Assembly (NCBI GenBank): GCA_951406725.2
Contig: OX597819.1
Location: 109,306,001 to 109,370,000 of the forward strand
DNA from: Octopus vulgaris
Taxonomy: Eukaryota
Direction of reading: 5' to 3'
DNA length: 64,000 nt
Below, one piece after another: positions 34,932 to 49,237 of this stretch. Numbering within the stretch: position 1 is the first letter of the stretch; every line of letters starts with the position of its first letter. The translations under genes and the position numbers were made by a program. The notes under the pieces are model-generated. The model saw only the letters and a program-made list of their open reading frames with translations, did not search any database and was not told where the DNA came from.

Positions 34932-36648
34932 CTGGACAAAGAGAAAAACAGTACAATATTAAAATATAAATATTTTTCTGTGTATATCAAAATAAAATAA
35001 AATAAAATCCATGATTTCAGGTTTGTTTCCAGTGCATGTAACCTTGAGCTGTGTATGTCTTAGGACTAGAAACGGTAGAAGGAAACCTGTAGGAAGCTCA
35101 TCACATATATATGAGGTGGGTAGGTTATGTTTGGATGCTATTCTCCAACAAGAGAACTGAAACTCCAGGACTTAAGCTACTAGAACACTCACCAATTCAA
35201 CAGTGCTACCACTGCTTGTTATTTGAGAGTTTAATGTTTGGATGTTTAAACTAAACTTTATATCACCTTGAGTAATGTATCTAGCATATAAGTCAATTTT
35301 GTTACCATCTTTATATGGAAAGACTCAGCTTTTGTATTAATTAATTTTATAATTATGAAAAATTTTATTAAATAATTGTCATTAAGGGTTAAAAGATCAA
35401 TAAATGTTAAAAATTGAAGTTAACCTTTGCTTTCAAATTGTTTGATTCTTTAATAAGAAAAATGTCCATTTTTGAAACTGTTCATAGTTAGATAAAAATT
35501 TGTCAGAAGTTTAAAGAATTTTTGTTAAGTTACTAGTGTAATGACATTATAACCAACATCATTTTTATGTCTGCTATCCTTATGCAGGCAGAGAGTTGGA
35601 CAAGAGTTATTGAAGCAGTATTCTACAGCTGGATCTCCTTCCTGCTGCCAACTCTTGTCTTTCAAGTAAAGTATTTATTATCCAACTGGTCTTTGTGCAT
35701 GGTGGAACTACTGAGCTATTGGGACATGTTGTGCATGAGAGACAAAAATACTGTCATTGTTTCTGCTCACATAATGAAATGGGACAAGATGCAGAACATT
35801 CATGCACACACATATGCAAACATATCTGATGGATTTTCATACAGTTTCTATGTACCAAATTTTACTCAAGGCATTCATTAGCCTGAGGCCATAGTAGAAA
35901 ATACTTGCTTAAGGTGCTATGCAGTAAGATAGAACCCAGAACCATGGTTTAGTGAATCAGACTTCTTAACCAACAGGCATGGCTGTGTGGTTATCTTTTG
36001 TTTCAGTCATTAGACTGTGGCCATGCAGGAGCACTGCCTTGAAGGAGTTAGTCCAACAAATTGATCTTAGTATATATTTAAAAAATAAATCTATTACTTC
36101 TTCTATTGGTCTCATTTGGTGAATGGCTAAGTTATGGAGAGGGGAGTAAAAAAAAAAACCAACACTAGTTGTCAAATGGTGGTAGGGAACAAACACAACA
36201 CACATGGGCTTCCTCACAGTTTCTGTCAACCAAATTCACCCACAAGGCATTGGTTGGATTGGGACTACAGTAGAAGACAGTTGATTGTGGTGCCATGTAG
36301 TGGAACTGAACCAAAAACCACATGTTAGCAAAGTGAGCTTCTTGTTCACACAACCATACCTCCACCTAAAGTTTACTAAATTTAAAATATCTCTTAGTGC
36401 ATTTAATTACAAGATATGGCCATGAAAAGGTTAATCATCATCATCACCATTTAATGCCTGTTTTCCATGCTGGTATGGGTTGGACGGTTTGACAAAAGCT
36501 GGTCAACTGGAGAACTGTTCAGGCTCATGCCTGTTTTTGGCATGGCTTCTATGGCTGGATGCTCTTCCTAATTCCAACCACTTTAGAGAGAATACTGGGT
36601 GTTTTTATGTGGCACTGAGAGATTAATGGAAATTTTTAACCTACTTAC

Positions 36649-36765
36649 CAGAGAAAATGTGGCTGAAGTTGCGCAGAAGTGTCTGCAAACCACCATTTTC
36701 TGTCTTCAGATAGTTCAGAGTGTCTTGATTTAGAAGTTGAGCAACCTCTGGAAGTGGTATTTCCC
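36649..36765 (-). CDS. TRMT44: TRMT44 exon 10
   Basis: cag|..|gtaagt; EIPLPEVAQLL..LKTENGGLQTLLRN. Confidence 0.9.
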
Positions 36766-38043
36766 CTGAAGGTGAAAATGGTATAAGGTTAGTGATTGAT
36801 TATGAAATATATATGTAAGGGTGGTGGGTTTAAAAATAGGGGTCAAATGTTGAGAACATAGACTTCGGACCCACAATACTGGTATCAAAGGTAGGTTAAA
36901 GTAGACTTTGTATGTGGAAGATATGCAGGAATGATAAACACTAAGAGCACACAGGAAACAGATTTTCTCAAATGTCCATAAACATCCCTGAAGGTAGTAG
37001 ACAATTTCGGCTATCTTGGTGACCTAATAATAAGGGGTGAAAGAGGACAATCTGAAAGTATAGTTGCTAGAGTAAGACAAATTGGAGAAAGTTCACAGGG
37101 CTATTTCCTGTGTTGGTAACAAAAGGTGTCTCTCTCTCAGAGCCAAAGGAAGATTGTTTGATGCTTATACACAAACTAAAATGTTACATGGTAGTGAGAC
37201 ATGGGATGTGAAAGCAGAGAACTTGTGAAAGATATGATATTCAACATCAGTATATACGAAGGACAAAGTACAAATGTGTTGAGAAATAAATTGGACAAAA
37301 GAAGAATAAGATTGGCTCATGATTGTTATTGTTTAACCTAGGTCAACCTTGGATATGTAGCTAATGTCCAGCTTAAACTTCTGTTGGTTGGAGCTAGTAA
37401 TGAATGTGGATCTCTCCTTGATATTTGACTAACATACTATCAACTCAAGTTGGCAGCCTTTCCTTTGGATAAACATCAATGATGTAGAGAGGCATGCATG
37501 GGCAACTGTCTGTCTCCAAAAAGCCTTGATTATGCATCTGCACATATATACAAGGTCAAGTTTGACTTCTATCACCCTTACTACCTTAATCTTATTGTCA
37601 TCTGGCAGTTGCTTGTGAACTTCCTTCAAAAAGTTAATCAGAGAAGGAGAGACAGCACCCATTACTTTTGGAGCTTCAAGACTCATGAAGCTGATAGTTT
37701 GAACTCCTGTAGGTTGGTGTCTGTAAGAAAACATGGGAGATAAGGAGCTTGAGAGAGTATCAGTTGAAAAGGAATAATGATTGAGTAAAGTGTTTAGTAC
37801 AGGATTTCTAAGTGAGATACAGAAAGGATGGTGAGAAGTGGAAAGGCTGCACATGAAACTGGCCTGGGTAGTGGTTGTATACTGTTTACTTGTTCAGAGA
37901 AGCAGAAGCTATTGGAGTAGTAGAAGAAGAATACACAATGATTTTCTTTTGTGAGACATTTGCTGTGGTGTCTTGGCAAGTGAATCTGTTAATTACTAAT
38001 CAACTGATAAGTAAGAATAAAAACCAAACAGACAAAACATTAC

Positions 38044-38386
38044 CTCCCTTGTGCCACACTCTTCCATCTGGAAGATTGATAAACTTGCTGTGATCCGCTG
38101 CTAAAATCTTTTCTACAACCACATTAACAACATCAATTTTAACGTCCCAGGGAACTGACTTGCACATTCCAGATGTTTTTTGAGCCAGTCTAGGCTTGAA
38201 GTTGTCAGACCAAGTATTAGCATCTTTCATATTCATCAAATCTGCAGGTATTGGCTTGGAATCTTCACTTTTGTTATGTAATAGTTTGTTCTTTGAACAT
38301 TGGTTTTCTATAAATTCTGTTATTCTTTTATCAACGTCTGATTCTTCTGATTGAGAATATGTTCGTGCTTTCCCATACAAGCAAAT
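38044..38386 (-). CDS. TRMT44: TRMT44 exon 9
   Basis: tag|ICLYGKARTY..FKPR..WHKG|gtaatg, in phase with neighbouring exons. Confidence 0.88.
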
Positions 38387-39043
38387 CTATTAATGAAAAA
38401 GGACAGAGGAATTAAAAATGACAACCCCAAAACAAAACAAGAAACACAGGTAAAATCTTTGAAAAATACTCTACAGCCATAGTATGATTGCAATAAAATT
38501 TGAAAACAAATGAAACTCTGAAACAAGAACAAATATTTGGTCTAAAATGAATTAAAAACTTTAAAAAGTATAAAAACAGAAAGATAGCTTACTTTATACA
38601 ACCTGTTACAACTAACAATATATGACAGATATAGCACTGTGTGTTATGATATTTGTTACATAGGTGAATGTATTGTTATATACATAGGTGATCAGTATTT
38701 GAATATATTTTGTATTACTATTTAAACAATCAGTAGCTGAAAGGTGTTCTGTTGTTCTTTAGCCTAGAACAGTTTAGTCCTGATCAAGTGGACTTATGGC
38801 CAAAGGTATTAGAATCATAATCATCCTAGTTGGTGTATCCTGAGTCACATTGCCCTCAGTAGACATATCTCACATATTTATGCCAATAGGGTATGATTCA
38901 AGAGGAATTTAGTTGCTATTTCTAGCAAGTTGAGCAACAAAATAGACACAGATGAAAAGGTGTCAAAGTGGTGGCTGAGGTAACAGATGTAGACATAAAA
39001 GAGCAAAAGACCCAAATGTAGATATTGTATACACACTTACACA

Positions 39044-39088
<45 letters not shown>

Positions 39089-39445
39089 GCATATATACAT
39101 AGATACACAGACACACATTATCATCATTATTTTAATGTTTACTTTTCTATGTTTGTATGTCAGATGAGAGTTAGTCGGGACAAAGTTTCCCACAGCCAGA
39201 TGTCTTTCCTGACACCAAACCCAATCAGTTTTACAAACAACTCAGACATTGTTATGAGGAGAATTGGAAATAATCAACACCGTTTGGATGAGCCTTTTGT
39301 TTACAGAGATTGAAGAAGCCAGCTGGTTCTGTAATAAAATGCACCCAGTACATGTTGTAAAGTGGCTAGCAGAGACATTGAAGGGAACCTTTAGTTTTGT
39401 CAAGGATATGGCTATTTCACTAATATTTGTGGTACATACCACTCA

Positions 39446-39479
<34 letters not shown>

Positions 39480-39628
39480 TATAACTACACTCGCGGAGTG
39501 GTTGGCGTTAGGAAGGGCATCCAGCCGTAGAAACACTGCCAGATCTCACTGGGCCTGACGAAGCCTTCCAGCCTCACAGACCCCAGTTGACCCGTCCAAC
39601 CCATGCTAGCATGGAAAGCGGACGCTAA

Positions 39629-39660
<32 letters not shown>

Positions 39661-40044
39661 ATATATAATCTGTAAAGTGGTTGGTGTTAAGAAGGGTAGA
39701 AATCATGTAAAAATGAAAAGTAGAAGTGAGGCATAATTGAAGACCCACACATAGAATGGGACAGAGGCAATTCTGAATAAGAACTGACTGAGCTATGATG
39801 ATCTCTGCTAGAATAGAAGGCAGATATAAAATGATGATGATGGTATATATCATTATTGTTTCATCATCATTATCTTAATAACATCCACTCTTCCATGCTT
39901 GGCTGGATGCTCCTCAGGTCACCACTCTCACCTATTTTCAAGCTAGGTAATATTTTCCTTGGTCCTTCAAACATGAACAACATTATGGCCAAGCTAGAGA
40001 AGATAATTGTGTGTGTGTGTCTGTGTGTGTATGTGTAAGCACTC

Positions 40045-40165
40045 ATGGCAGTGCCACGCAAAAGTGCCTGTGTGGTGCCACATAAAAGTGCGCGTGTGGT
40101 GCCACATAAAAGTGCGCTTGTGGTGCCACATAAAAGTGCCTGTGTGGAGCCATGTAAAAGGCACA
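40045..40165. repeat. 24-bp minisatellite, about 5 copies
   Basis: Repeated gtggtgccacataaaagtgc.. Confidence 0.85.
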
Positions 40166-40718
40166 CCTCATACTCTGTAAAGTGGATGGTGTTAAGAAGG
40201 GCATCAAGGGCATCAAACAGACTGGAATCTGGTGCAGCTCCCTGGTTTGCCAGCTGTGGTCATACCATCCAACCCATGGACAACAGACACTAAATGGTAG
40301 TGATGATAATGATTATGGATGTGTGTGAGTGTGTGTGTGTGTATATTTTTTTATATATAGAAGACAAGCAAAATGCCCCCCATCCAATGGGCGGTGCTGA
40401 GTTGTCAAACATTTAGACCAAATTTTCTCAAAACAACTTGTCCAACCGTCTCATAGGCCTCCCTTTTGAGAAACATTGATTTAACCTAAATTTGAGACAC
40501 CAGCAAAAGAAGAAATAAAGATAGACTTTCTTTCTATTCCAAAGAATGCTTTATCGATCGCATTATCACCTGGAATCGATTTTTGTAATATTTTCAAGAC
40601 TTATACATGTCCTGATACTGTCAGTATCTACATATCAAATTTGAGCACAATCGGATGGAGGATAGCTGAGATCTGAGAAGAAACACACACAGACAGATAG
40701 AACAGATTTTATATAAGA

Positions 40719-40760
<42 letters not shown>

Positions 40761-40841
40761 GTCAAATCCCAAAATTATTAATATGTAAGACACTGATATA
40801 TAAAGGAGAAGTATTATTTAAAAATTTGTAACATGGCATAC

Positions 40842-41025
40842 TTGCTTGGTTGATGGTATTCGGAGTACGTCTTCTTCAACTTGAAAGCCACACACTGTAA
40901 TAATTGTTTTGACATAATTCAAGTACGTTCGATAACTGGTCAAGCCTGTAGTCTTCTCATTGTATTTGCTATCAAAATTGTACAGACAGCATGGCAGTAC
41001 AAAAAACCGAGTGTTGTATGATGAC
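40842..41025 (-). CDS. TRMT44: TRMT44 exon 8
   Basis: SSYNTRFFVLPCCLYNF..YLNYVK..CGFQVEEDVLRIPSTKQ; cag / gtatgc boundaries. Confidence 0.92.
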
Positions 41026-41974
41026 CTGTGAAATAGCAGGAACTTGGGTCACATTAATCATATATTAAACAGTGCATGTGGAAAGAATAATGACTGTGTT
41101 TATTTAGGTACCAGACAAACCCATTTGAAGGTTCAGAATTACTTTTTTTTACAGTTTCACTTAAAATTAAACATCATAAGGCAGCTTAAATATATTTCGG
41201 AAATTGTAGCTGTGATACCATTGCCGGTGGCATGTAAGCGAACCATCTGAACGTGGCCGTTGCCAGCGCCGCTCCGACGGGCCTCCATGCCGGTGGCACG
41301 TAAAAAGCACCATCCGATCGTGGCCGTTGCCAGCCTTGCCTGGCCCATGTGGCGGTGGCACGTAAAAAGCACCATCCGATCGTGGCTGTTTGCCAGCCTC
41401 GTCTGGCACGTAAAAAGCACCCATTACACGCACGGAGTGGTTGGCATTAGGAAGGGCATCCAGCCGTAGAAACATTGCCAGATCAGACTGGGCCTGGTGC
41501 AGCCTTCTGGCTTCCCAGACTCCAGTTGAACCGTCCAACCCATGCTAGCATGGAAAGCGGACGCTAAATGATGATGATGATGATGATGATTGTATTTTCT
41601 TGGTTCTGTTGGTTTCTAGTAAATTTTATTTTATTAAATCCACAGAAAAAAAATGCATAGTTGTTCTTGGAGGGATTAGAATGTGAAATAAAAAAGGGAT
41701 GTAGCAAAATAATTCAAAATATAGGCTGTGGCAGAAAGGTTGCCCTGATTTCAAAGGTTAATAAAATACAAACACATGAAGATACAAGAAAAAAACGATG
41801 CTCCCCACTCTAGGCCATGGTGGGTACTATCTGAAAAAGGAAATGGCATTTAATGAATTTCATAGAAATACAAAGTTTTTTCATGCATCTTCATGTGTTT
41901 GTTTTTTATTAACCTTTAAAATCAGGAAAACCTTTCTGCTGCACCCTGTATTTCTGTCAACTCATTACAGTGAC

Positions 41975-43400
41975 ACCAGTGTACTAACTGGTACTTATTT
42001 TATTGACCCCTGAAAGGATGAAGAGCACAGTTGCTCTTGGCAATAATAATAATAATAATCCTTTCTACTATAGACACAAAGCCTGAAATTTAGGGGGAAG
42101 GGGCCAGTCAATTAGGTCGACCCCAGTATACAACTGGTACTTAATTTACTGATCCCGAAAGGATGAAAGGTAAAGTCAACCTTGGTGGAATTTGAACTCA
42201 GAATGTAGTAGCAGACGAAATACCGCTAAGCATGTCACCCCGCATGCTAACAATTCTGCAAGTTTATTGTTTTAATAATAATAATAATAATCATTTCTAC
42301 TATAGGTACAAGGCCTGAAATTTTGGGGGAGGGGGCCAGTCAATTAGATTGACTCAAAATGTAAAGACAGATGAAATACCACTAAGCATTTTGCCTGGTG
42401 TGCTAACAATTCTGCCAGTTCGCTGCCTTAGCCATGTGTTGAAAGGAATTATTTGGGGTTTGGATAATTCACCTTTGGAAACATGGGTGTTTCGTTCAAC
42501 ATCCTTAAACAACCCTTTTTCAGGGACCTTTTGAGTGGGTTGAGCTACTTGACCTGACGAAAATTCTAACTGGGCCCCATCTGCAAGGTCATGCACTGCT
42601 TATCTTGATATGAGATCACCATGTCGCACACATATGGTTGTGATGCATGTGCCTAGAGTACCCTTATCAGACAAGTAGTCATGATGGGTATACTGGGCTT
42701 TGTATATTTTACTCCAGTGCCACTTTGATGGCATGCACTGCTCTCTCACTCAATAATAATAATGTTAATAATAAAAATGGCTTCTAAGGCCAGCAATTTT
42801 AAAGAAAGTGGTTTAGCCAATACCATCAACTTCAGTACATGACTGGACTTGATTTTATCAAACCTGAAAGGCTGAAAGATAAAGGTGACCTCAACAGAGT
42901 TTGAACACATAATGTAAATACCACAAAGCATTTTCTCTAAGTATTCTGCCATCTTGCTGTCTTAATAATATTGGTTTCATATTTTGGTACAAAGCCAGCA
43001 ATTTAGTGGAGGGACCAAGTTGATTACGTTAATCCTCGTACTCAACTGGTACTCACTTTATCAGCCCCGAACGGATGAAAGGTGAAGCTGATCCTGGTGG
43101 AATTTGAACCCAGAACGTAAAGACAGATGAAAATGCTGCTAGGCATTGTCCCTGGTATACTAATGATTCTACCAGCTCCCTACCTTAAATAATAATAGTG
43201 ACTTCAAATTTTGGCAGAAGGCCAGCAATTTTTTTGAGGAGGGGTAAAGTCGATTTTATCGACCCCAGCATTCAACTGGTACTTATTTTATTGATCCCAA
43301 AAGGATGAAAGGCACACTTGACTTCGATGGAATTTGAACTCAGAATGTAAAGGACGAAATGCTTGGCATGCTAATGATTCTGCCAGTTTGCCACCTTACC
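41975..43400 (-). mobile_element. Cluster of diverged SINE family B copies separated by (AAT)n (similar cluster at 46560-46980)
   Basis: Repeated actggtacttattttattgacccc.aaaggatgaaagg..ggaatttgaactcagaa. Confidence 0.7.
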
Positions 43401-43454
43401 TTAAATAATAATAATAATAATAATAATGATAATAATAATAATAATAATTAATTC

Positions 43455-43820
43455 TGGTTTTATTGGCCACAAGGGCTAAATAAAAAAACAAAGGACGTAA
43501 AGTACAAAGGGTTTTGCGAAAATAACAGCGAAAAATATAACAAATAAAACTCCCAATAGGGGGAGGTGCTTTGAAAGGTTACTCATAAAAGCAATGGAAT
43601 CCTGGTCAAAAAGGAGCAAAGAGCCCCTTCTCTTTTTATATTACCTTTTTTTTTACAGGCGTAACCTCAGAATTGGTCCGTTCATACTGGCCATTTTACC
43701 GACATTCACCCACCTTTCAATAAATTTGCTATGAGACAGTACTTCCCTCTCTACTCTCATCTTCCTTTTCAAGTGGAACTTGAAAAAGTTGATGAGGCCT
43801 TAGCCAAAGAGGAAAGTAAT
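43455..43820 (-). mobile_element. Tx1/L1-like LINE 3' end (a related tail lies near 21730)
   Basis: Minus-strand LINFFKFHLKRKMRVEREVLS..FIERWVNV, then tttagcccttgtggccaataaa. Confidence 0.55.
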
Positions 43821-44295
43821 ATTATATTAAAATTAACTACAATTATAGTGAGATTTAAATTCAAAATAATCTAGAGGGACAAAACTAGTAATGTAAAGTA
43901 TCTAGTGAGGTTCTCATATATCATTGAAGACTGTTATCATCAAGGAACCATTTGTTTCATGCAATTATTTGAGTGATAAAACATCACATTATCGAGTGGA
44001 AAAATTTCTATTCTCAGGCATGGCTGTGTGGTTAAGAAGCTTGCTTTGCAACCATGTGGTTTTGGGTTCAGTCCCAGAGTGTGAAATTTTGGGCAAGCAT
44101 CTGCTTTGTGAGTAAATGTGGAAGATGGAAACTGTGTGGAAGCCCATCGTATGTGTGTGTGTGTGTTTATCTGTGCTTGTTTCACCCTCACTTGACAACT
44201 GGTGTTGGTATGTTCATATCTGTGTAACTTAGCAGTTCAGCAAAACAGACCAAAAAAAAAAAAACAGTAGACTTTGCAAAAAGGATCTAGTTTAC

Positions 44296-44402
44296 CTGGC
44301 TGCTATAACTGGTATCCAAGGAGTCAATTCATCACTATGGTTACCAATTATCCAATCATATTCTGGAAATAAGGAGTCAGCTGATGGTGTCAAAGCCCTT
44401 AA
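44296..44402 (-). CDS. TRMT44: TRMT44 exon 7
   Basis: LFPEYDWIIGNHSDELTPWIPVIAA (the conserved GNHSDELTPW motif). Confidence 0.95.
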
Positions 44403-46121
44403 CTGAAAATAAATAAAAAAGTATATGTGGGTATGTGAGGGTGAGAGCTTAAATTTATAATTCTTTAAGAAGAATAGTATTGCTTTGACTTCAAAGTTTT
44501 GGCCATCTAAATCATCACTTATACACACACACACATACCTATTATATAAAATCTGTTCTGTGTGTGTGTGTGTGTGTCTTCTAGGATCTTGGGCATCATC
44601 CATCCGATTGTGCTCAAATTTGATATGTAGATACCGACGGTATCAGGGTGTGTATAAGTCTTGAAAAAATTACAAAAATCGATTCCAGGTGAGAATGTGA
44701 TCGATAAAGCCGTGGGAATGTACATTTGTACGCGCAAGTACATCAGCTGTTGCAATTGATACTATGCGTACGTGAGAAAAATGCACGTGCAGTTTGTGCC
44801 ACAAAAGCCGGATGGCTTGAAATAATGCCACAATGATGTGTATTATTAAGTCAATAAAATTGTGCATAAAGTATATAAAGTGCATTAAGCAATCATCATA
44901 TTCCAGTTTCCTTCACTTTTCAATTAGTAGCAGATGAGCAACTACCTTTCCATACAGACAACACAGGCCACACTTTCAGGTTCTTTTGATAAAGTTTTCA
45001 GAAAATAACTCAATAAATTAGAAAATTACTATTTATAAATTTCACAACATGAGATATTCAGCAACAGTACTTTGTAGTAAAGATTGTTTGCCAACACAAC
45101 ATAGCAGTCCCGGCCCAGGACCAATGTTGCTGCAATTGAGACCCAGGAGACATCGTCCCCAGCTGGCCACACGACATGATCCATGTCATATCTTTTTTTC
45201 TTTTTCCCTTGTTCAAAAATTTAAGGGCACAGATCGTGTCGTGTAGCCAGCTTGAGACGATGCCTCTTGGGGCCAAATCACAGCAAAACCAGTCCCAAAC
45301 CCGGACTGCCATGCCATGCCGGTACTACATAACCCAATAACAACCCTTACTACATAACCCAATAAGTTTACCATTAATTCCATGAAATATTCATGGGTCT
45401 CGCTAGTGTATGTGTATGTATATATATATATATATATATATATAGGGTTATTCAAAAAGAATGAACCAATTTCAATCAGCATATCACAATCCACCGAACC
45501 AATCGCTGTTGTGTGATTTTTTTTTAATTGTGGGGATATGTAAAAAAAATCACATTTATGTTCCACCACTACCCACTAACTTCAATGATCTTAAACATTA
45601 AATAACAATGATCAACTCAGTGGATCGCGATATCATGATGATATATATATATATATATACACATATACTCGTTGGGCAATGTGCTGTGCTTGCAAAGACC
45701 TACTGAGTCAAGTAAAATCACTGTCGTGGCCGATGTCAGTACTGCCTGACTGGCGCTTATGCCAGTGGCAAGTAAAAGGCACCATTTGAGCGTGGTTGAT
45801 GCCAGTGTCATCGGACTAGCTCCCATGCCGGTGGCATGTAAAAAGCATCATTCAAGCATGGTCAATGGCAGTGCCACCTGATTGGCCCTCATGTCAGTTC
45901 AGTGGCATATAAAAAGCACCCACTACACTCTTGGAGTGATTGGCATTAGGAAGGGCATCCAGCTGTAGAAACCTTGCCAGATCAGATTGGAGCCTAGTAC
46001 AGCCTCCTGGCTTGCCAGTCCCCAGTCAAACCGTCCAACCCATGCCAGCATGGAAAGCGGACGTTAAATGATGACAACGATATATATGAGTGTGTGTGTG
46101 TTGAATCTGTTTAGTCCTTAC

Positions 46122-46193
46122 CTCCAATTTGGTTGCATCACCATACATGTCCCAGATCTTCCGTTTTTGGATATCAATGCCGAGACCTGAATG
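46122..46193 (-). CDS. TRMT44: TRMT44 exon 6
   Basis: HSGLGIDIQKRKIWDMYGDATKLE; cag / gtaagg boundaries. Confidence 0.93.
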
Positions 46194-47450
46194 CTGAAAA
46201 GGAAGACAATGTTGATTTAAACTCTTTGTGTATGAGTTGTGTATGTGTGTGTTAGAAAACGAATGAGAGGGTCCTCTACAGGATCACTCATCCTGCTAGA
46301 AATAGCACTAAAACCTCCAGTAAATCATACTCTACTGTCTATAAGAAAAAAGGACAAATGTTTTTATTATTGTTTAACCACAAGTGAACCTGAATAAGCA
46401 GATCTTTGATCAAGGGCATTCCATCCATGACCATTCTATCTTTTACCTATGTGTATAGAATTCAGGACCATGTTATCAAACATGTCTTTAAGATAGATGG
46501 GGTCTGATTTGGGAGATTTGGTAGCTATAATGATAATAGCAATAACAATAAAAATAATAATGGTTTCAAATTTTGGCACAAGGCCAGCAGGTTTGGGGGA
46601 GGGGTTAAGTTGATTAAATCAACTTCAGTGTTCAACTGGTACTTATTTTATTAACCCTGAAAGGACAAAAGGCAAAGTTGAACTTAGTGGAATTTGAACT
46701 CAAAACATTTTGCCCAGTGTGCTAACAGTTCTGCCACCTTGCCACCTTGATAATGATAATAATAATTTTTTATATTTTTGGTACAAGGCTAACAATTTTA
46801 AGTGGCGGGGTAAGTTGATTACCGCAGTCTCTAGTGTTTAACTGATACTATTTTCCTGACCATGGAAGAATGACTGGCAAAGTCAACCTCATTGGTATCT
46901 GAATTCAAAATGTAAAGAGCCAGAAGAAATGTTGCTAAGTATTTTGTCTGTCATGCTTATGATTCTACCACCTCATTTACTTGCAAAGCAGAGGTAAACT
47001 ACTTTAATTATCTCCTACTCCTAGATAAGAGTTTCAGGTAAGGAAGCACTTGTTTTGGTCACATATTTGTGCCAGGTTGTCCTTTTTCTTATAACTGATA
47101 CACATATAAAATTTCCTTATTGTTGGTAATACAAACAAAAGAGGGAGATTTTGTTGTTATTTTCTCAGAATTTTTGTTTATACTGTTTATGTATGTCATA
47201 GAGTGACATAATATTTATTTTGCAGGTTGTTTCTTTTCGGGAATTCTTTAAAATATAAATATCTGTGTTAACTTGTCTTTTTATTTTTGGCTAAAATTTG
47301 GGAAGCCTTCAATGTCTTAGATGCCATGTTTGAAATGTTTGGCAGTGAAAGAATTCAAGTTTTTGTGCAAGGTTACAAATATATAGAGCAAAGATAGAGT
47401 TGACAGAATTGCTAAATTGTCTCCTGAAAAAGCAAACCTTTGATACTTAC

Positions 47451-47555
47451 CCCTTCTGAAGTGAGCAGATGAACAAGAAGTCCATTACCACAACCAAGAT
47501 CAACAAAAGTCTGCTTTTCACACTTAGTCTCTTGACGTTCTTTTTCCCAGAGAAG
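47451..47555 (-). CDS. TRMT44: TRMT44 exon 5 (SAM-binding motif I)
   Basis: QTFVDLGCGNGLLVHLLTSEG; cag / gtaagt boundaries. Confidence 0.95.
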
Positions 47556-48462
47556 CTGAAGAGAAGTAATTGGATATTTTATATATTTTTTTATTTGTTT
47601 CAGTCATTTGACTGTGGCCATGCTGGGGCACCACCTTCAGTCAAGCAAATCAATCCCAGGACTTATTCTATCGGTTTCTTTTGCCAAACCGCCAAGATAC
47701 GGGGACATAAATACACCAGCATCAGTTGTCAAGCGATGTTGGGGGGGGGGATTACAGACACACACATATATATGTATATATATATATATATTAGAAAACA
47801 TAAGGTACTTTTCTAATATATAATACCTGTACATCATCTCCAAAAATTCTAATATATATATATGACAGGCTTCTTTCAGTTTCTGTCTACCAAATCCACT
47901 TACAAGGCTATAGTAGAAGACACTTGCCCAAGGTGTCATGCATAGGACTGAACCTGGAGCCATGTAGTTGTTTACTTTTTCCAAACTCACATGGGTCAGC
48001 TACAACTGAGGTAGATTTTCCACCTCAGTTCTTATTGCCTGTTTACATTATTAACGTGATATTTCTCCATGGTGAGACACGTTTCCACACGAAATTAGAA
48101 GCAACAGTTTGTATGATGGCAATGCTCATTTGCAGCCATCACACTATGTCATCACAAGGAAACATAAACCCCACCCCCTACATACATATATATATATGAT
48201 GGGCTTTTAGTTTCTGTCAAGCAAATTGACTCACAAAGCTGAGGCTAAAGTAGAAGACACTTGCCCAAAGTGCCATGTAGTGAGACTAAATGTGGAACCA
48301 AATAGTTGACTAGTGAACTTCTCTATCTCTCAACTTCCATCCTGAATAATGAAGCTGAATAATTACTCTGTCTCTACTTGGGATGCTTTCAAATGACTTT
48401 ATATATCATCCTCATCATCATCATCATTGTTTGTCTGCCTTCCATGCTGGCATGGGTATACA

Positions 48463-48840
48463 CTTTACTCTTTTACTTGTTTCAGTCATTTGACTGTGGG
48501 CATGCTGGAGCAAATCGATCCCAGGACTTATTCTTTGTAAGCCTAGTACTTATTCTATCGGTCTCTTTTGCTGAACCGTTAAGTTATGGGGACGTAAACA
48601 TACCAGCATCGGTTGTCAAGTGATGTTGGGGGGACAAGCACAGACACACAAACACATATATATATATACATATATATGACGGGCTTCTTTCAGTTTCTGT
48701 CTACCAAATCCACTCACAAGGCTTTGGTCGGCCTAAGGCTATAGTAGAAGACATTTGCCCAAGGTACCATGCTGTGGGACTGAACCTGGAACCATGTGGT
48801 TGGTAAGCAAGCTACTTACTACACAGCCACTCCTGTGCCT
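48463..48840 (-). mobile_element. SINE family A copy (others at 15275-15575, 35990-36366, 44017-44260, 47590-47970, 55580-55893, 57935-58348)
   Basis: Close match to the reverse complement of 15937-16321. Confidence 0.85.
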
Positions 48841-49237
48841 GTATATAGTAAGTTTTATCTATCTATCTATCTATCTATATATATATATATATATAGTCAA
48901 TAAAGGAAAAATATATAATATGTAATGACAATTATTTTAAACTTGTTTCTTATATATCACTCTTTGTAAAAACCAGTTTGCCTGGAGCCCATCTACAAAT
49001 TTACAATATAGAATTGTGATAAACCATAATCTTGGACCTTGCCACAAGATTACATGGAGTTCTTCACTAATTTAAATAATATTGTTAGCCTGGTGTGCCA
49101 ACAGAGAGCTTATGAAGTATTTTGCTCTGGTTGGTAATCTCTCACCATTAGCTCTCTCTCTCTCTCTCTCTCTCTCTAATATATATGTATACATATATGT
49201 AAACCCTTAAGAATTATATGTCTACAATATAGCTTAC

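Noticed and set aside
40045-40165. CRISPR-like regularly spaced repeats (also 9520-9765 and 41205-41430)
   Set aside because: Eukaryotic context, no unique spacers, no cas genes; ordinary tandem repeats
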